A DNA stretch of 28,274 nt, from NCBI GenBank assembly GCA_002774465.1, contig PEYH01000045.1, positions 3,115 to 31,388 on the forward strand, written 5' to 3'. Position 1 is the first letter of the stretch. Each line of letters opens with the position of its first letter. The stretch comes from Parcubacteria group bacterium CG08_land_8_20_14_0_20_43_9. Lineage in GTDB: Bacteria > Patescibacteriota > Minisyncoccia > Minisyncoccales > PEYH01. The position numbers and the translations under genes are program-made. The notes under the pieces were generated by a model. The model saw only the letters and a program-made list of their open reading frames with translations. It was not told the origin of the DNA and did no database searches. Positions 25,417 through 28,274 of this stretch are shown here, piece after piece.

Positions 25417-26628
25417 ATGAAAACTGATTCCAAAAAAATAGAAGAAATTTTGACAAAGGGCGTTGAACAAATAACTGACAGAGAGCATCTTAAGAAAGTT
25501 TTTTCTTCGGGCAAAAAATTAAGGATTAAGCTTGGCATTGACCCGACCGGAGACAAAATTCACATCGGCCGGGCTATCCAGCTTTGGAAATTGAAAGCGT
25601 TTCAAGATTTGGGCCACAAAATTGTGCTGATTATCGGTGATTTTACCGCCCGCATTGGCGATCCATCTGATAAACCAGAGGGGAGGAGGGGGCTCAAGGA
25701 GGAAGAAATCAAAAAGAACGTCAAATCTTATTCCTCTCAAATCGGAAAAATTCTTGACTTGAAAAAAACCGAGATTAGATACAACAGCGAATGGTTTAAG
25801 AAAATGCCCCTCGGAGAGTTTCTGCATTTAGCCGGCAGTTTTTCTGTCCAGCAATTGGTTCAGAGGAGGAATTTCCACGAAAGGTGGAAAAAGGGAGAGC
25901 CGATTTCTTTAAAAGAAATATGCTATCCCCTTTTGCAGGGCTATGACTCGGTGGCGATAAAAGCGGATATGGAGCTGGGGGGGTATGACCAGCTTTTTAA
26001 TCTTAACGCCGGCCGGGACATTCAGCGCTTATTCGGGATGCCTCCGCAGGACATAATGACCCTGAAAATGCTTTCCGGCCTTGACGGCAGAAAGATGTCC
26101 ACCAGCTGGGGCAATGTGGTTAATATTATTGATAAACCGGAGGATATGTACGGCAAAATTATGTCTATGAGGGACGAGATGATTCTTGATTATTTCGAGC
26201 TGTGCACGCTTATCTCTGATAAAGAATTGATGGAAATCAAGAAAGACATCAAGGGCAAAAAGAGTAATCCGAAGAACATAAAAGCGAGATTGGCTTATGA
26301 AATTGTTTCAATGTATCACGGAGGAAAGTCAGCGCAGAAAGCGGAGCAGGAATTTAATAAAATATTCAGAGAAAAGCGCTTGCCTTCCAAAATGCCCGTG
26401 TTTTTCACCCCGAAGCCAAGCTATCCAATTACTGAATTATTGTTTCATTTAGGGTTGGCGAAATCCAAAACAGAAGGCAAAAGATTGATAACGCAGGGCG
26501 GAGTCAGGGTGGATTCCAATATAGTAAAGGATTTTAGGCAAGAAATAAAAGTCAAGGATGAAATGGTTATTCAGGTTGGCAAAAGAAAATTCGCTAAATT
26601 AATAACCCATGACGGCAGATGCGAATAA
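25417..26628 (+). CDS. tyrS: Tyrosine--tRNA ligase
   Basis: GIDPTG..IHIGR, YPLLQGYDS, GGYDQLFN, DGRKMSTSWGN, C-terminal S4 domain QVGKRKF. Confidence 0.97.
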   Translation: MKTDSKKIEEILTKGVEQITDREHLKKVFSSGKKLRIKLGIDPTGDKIHIGRAIQLWKLKAFQDLGHKIVLIIGDFTARIGDPSDKPEGRRGLKEEEIKKNVKSYSSQIGKILDLKKTEIRYNSEWFKKMPLGEFLHLAGSFSVQQLVQRRNFHERWKKGEPISLKEICYPLLQGYDSVAIKADMELGGYDQLFNLNAGRDIQRLFGMPPQDIMTLKMLSGLDGRKMSTSWGNVVNIIDKPEDMYGKIMSMRDEMILDYFELCTLISDKELMEIKKDIKGKKSNPKNIKARLAYEIVSMYHGGKSAQKAEQEFNKIFREKRLPSKMPVFFTPKPSYPITELLFHLGLAKSKTEGKRLITQGGVRVDSNIVKDFRQEIKVKDEMVIQVGKRKFAKLITHDGRCE

Positions 26629-27580
26629 AGAGAGAGTAGCCATTATCGGCGCCGGAATTACGGGGCTCTATTTGGCTTGGCGGTTAAGACAAAAAGGGCA
26701 CAGCGTTGTGGTTTTTGAAAAAAAAGACAAAATCGGAGGTAAGCCCTGTACCGGCTTAGTGTCGGAAAGAATTAAAGAATATATGCCAATAGGCGATGGC
26801 TTGTATCAAAGGAGGGTAGAGTCAGTTTTGGTTCATTTTGAGAAAAAAGACGTCAGGATTAAGGTTAATCCGGCCTATCTTGTTTTTGAAAGAAGGGATT
26901 TGGACAATTTCGTGTATAATTTGGCGAAAGGCGCCGGAGCGGAGATAGTTTTTAATCATGAGATTAAGGAAATTCCGGATGGTTTTGACAGGGTTATCGG
27001 CTGTGATGGCGCTCAATCAAGGATGAGGCGGATTCTATCCTTGTCAGAGCCGGTTTTTCGGTTGGGGACGCAATATTTTGTCGGGAACGAAGGTCCTGCG
27101 ATAGAGATGATAGAGGTTTGGCCCAAAAAATTCGATTATTCTCCTAAATACGGCTTTATTTGGAAAGTTCAAAAAGTAGGGGAAACCGAATACGGCATTA
27201 TCGGGCCAAAGGAGGATGGCGCGAAAGAGTTTGAAATCTTTTTAGATAAGCAAAAAGTTGAATTAGGGTCGCCAGATGTTAAGGCGGCGCTCATTCCTCA
27301 AGAGTTGAAACTTCCAAAGTCAGAAAAAATTACTTTGCTCGGCGATTCTGCCGGCATGACCAAACCGACCACCGGAGGCGGCATTGTTTGGGGGCTTAAA
27401 GCGGGCGACATTTTGGCGGATTGTTTCCCTGATTTCCTCAAATATCGCAGGAAAGCAAGGTTATTTTTCCTCCCCAAAATACTAAAAGGCAAAATAGCGG
27501 TTTTCTTTAGTTATTTTTTGGGCAGATTTCTCCCTTTTCTGCTCCCAAAGACAATATCCGTGGACCCTGACTTATTTTAG
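26609..27580 (+). CDS. FAD-dependent oxidoreductase, geranylgeranyl-reductase-like
   Basis: IIGAGITG, KPCTGLVS, IGCDGAQS, LGDSAGMTKPTTGGGIVWG. Confidence 0.75.
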   Translation: MTADANKERVAIIGAGITGLYLAWRLRQKGHSVVVFEKKDKIGGKPCTGLVSERIKEYMPIGDGLYQRRVESVLVHFEKKDVRIKVNPAYLVFERRDLDNFVYNLAKGAGAEIVFNHEIKEIPDGFDRVIGCDGAQSRMRRILSLSEPVFRLGTQYFVGNEGPAIEMIEVWPKKFDYSPKYGFIWKVQKVGETEYGIIGPKEDGAKEFEIFLDKQKVELGSPDVKAALIPQELKLPKSEKITLLGDSAGMTKPTTGGGIVWGLKAGDILADCFPDFLKYRRKARLFFLPKILKGKIAVFFSYFLGRFLPFLLPKTISVDPDLF

Positions 27581-27596
27581 AATTAATTTTCATAAT

Positions 27597-28046
27597 ATGA
27601 GAAAACAAACATACGGCATCGAGCTGCAGATTAATAAAAATCTTTTCAGATTGTCGGTTTTCGTGACAATCGTGGCAGTGGGAATGATGCTGGCGGGATT
27701 TTTTGCCCGGGGCGGTTTCCCGACTACTAAGATAGGCGCGTTCTATATCGGCGTCTTGTTTATTTATTCAATGCACAAAGAAGCGCTGCGCTGGATAGGA
27801 GGCAAGAATATCCAAAAGGGCGAGAGAAAGGGAGAGTACTTTCTTTATCTCTGGATTATATTGGCCACCTTGCTTTATTTAATTAATTTTTTGACAAAAG
27901 ATTACTTTGTTTTTGACAGCCAAGGGAATCAGCTATCCTCTTTAGCGGAAATCACCCTTACCGCGCTTGAGGTGTGCGGAGTATTCATTTTTGCCCGCAT
28001 TGCCAAAGCGGTCTTCAGCGTTGTTTACTCCGGAGACAATAAATGA
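27597..28046 (+). CDS. Hypothetical integral membrane protein (about 4 TM)
   Basis: 149 aa with four hydrophobic segments; follows the operon direction. Confidence 0.7.
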   Translation: MRKQTYGIELQINKNLFRLSVFVTIVAVGMMLAGFFARGGFPTTKIGAFYIGVLFIYSMHKEALRWIGGKNIQKGERKGEYFLYLWIILATLLYLINFLTKDYFVFDSQGNQLSSLAEITLTALEVCGVFIFARIAKAVFSVVYSGDNK

Positions 28047-28064
28047 TAAGAGAGGTTGGGATTG

Positions 28065-28152
28065 GGAGGGGTGCCTGAGAGGCCGAAAGGGATGGTTTCG
28101 AAAACCATTGTAGCTATTGCTACCGTGAGTTCGAATCTCACCCCCTCCGCCA
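28065..28152 (+). tRNA. tRNA-Ser(CGA), CCA encoded
   Basis: GGAGGGG/CCCCTCC acceptor, G73, ATGGT-TTCGAAA-ACCAT, long variable arm GTAGC-TATT-GCTAC. Confidence 0.96.
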
Positions 28153-28185
28153 AAATTGAAAATCGGAATCGGAAGCCGAAATGGG

Positions 28186-28264
28186 GTCGGCACAAAGTGC
28201 CGACACAAATGTATTCCCCCCAAAAAATCCTGAATCTGAAAGGGTTCGCCACGCTCCGCGTGGC
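28186..28264. repeat. Two REP-like GC-rich hairpins downstream of tRNA-Ser
   Basis: GTCGGCAC-aaa-GTGCCGAC (28186-28204) and GCCACGC-tcc-GCGTGGC (28248-28264). Confidence 0.55.
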
Positions 28265-28274
28265 TCAAAAAGTA

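Noticed and set aside
27942-28268. Minus-strand ORFs 27942-28268 and 28025-28252
   Set aside because: Antisense to tRNA-Ser and the membrane-protein gene; no protein features.

Overview
A 28.3-kb chromosomal region using genetic code 11 (TGA acts as stop). Gene style and content (few Shine-Dalgarno sites, shortened trigger factor, pilin-like membrane protein, type IV pilus cluster without a secretin) suggest a Patescibacteria/CPR, Parcubacteria-like organism; this is an inference. It encodes housekeeping genes (cca, nusA, hppA, tig, clpP, rny, HU, tyrS), an RHH/RelE-type toxin-antitoxin pair, a histidine kinase and receiver pair ahead of a type IV pilus locus (pilB, pilC, three minor pilins, pilM/N/O), a Fic protein and ten intact tRNAs. 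The most unusual signals are non-coding. (1) At 11419-11631 (minus) an intact tRNA-Pro(TGG) is nested in the anticodon arm of a second tRNA-Pro-like shell with all four stems intact; the shell's anticodon stem is extended to 17 bp and its T-loop holds a 30-nt palindromic insert. (2) The same 42-nt hairpin plus A-rich element follows the CCA of all three tRNA-Arg genes and no other tRNA. (3) Heptamer tandem repeats sit at gene junctions and in frame inside cca. (4) The toxin stop codon overlaps base 1 of tRNA-Ala. All assignments come from reading motifs by eye; no searches or folding programs were run.
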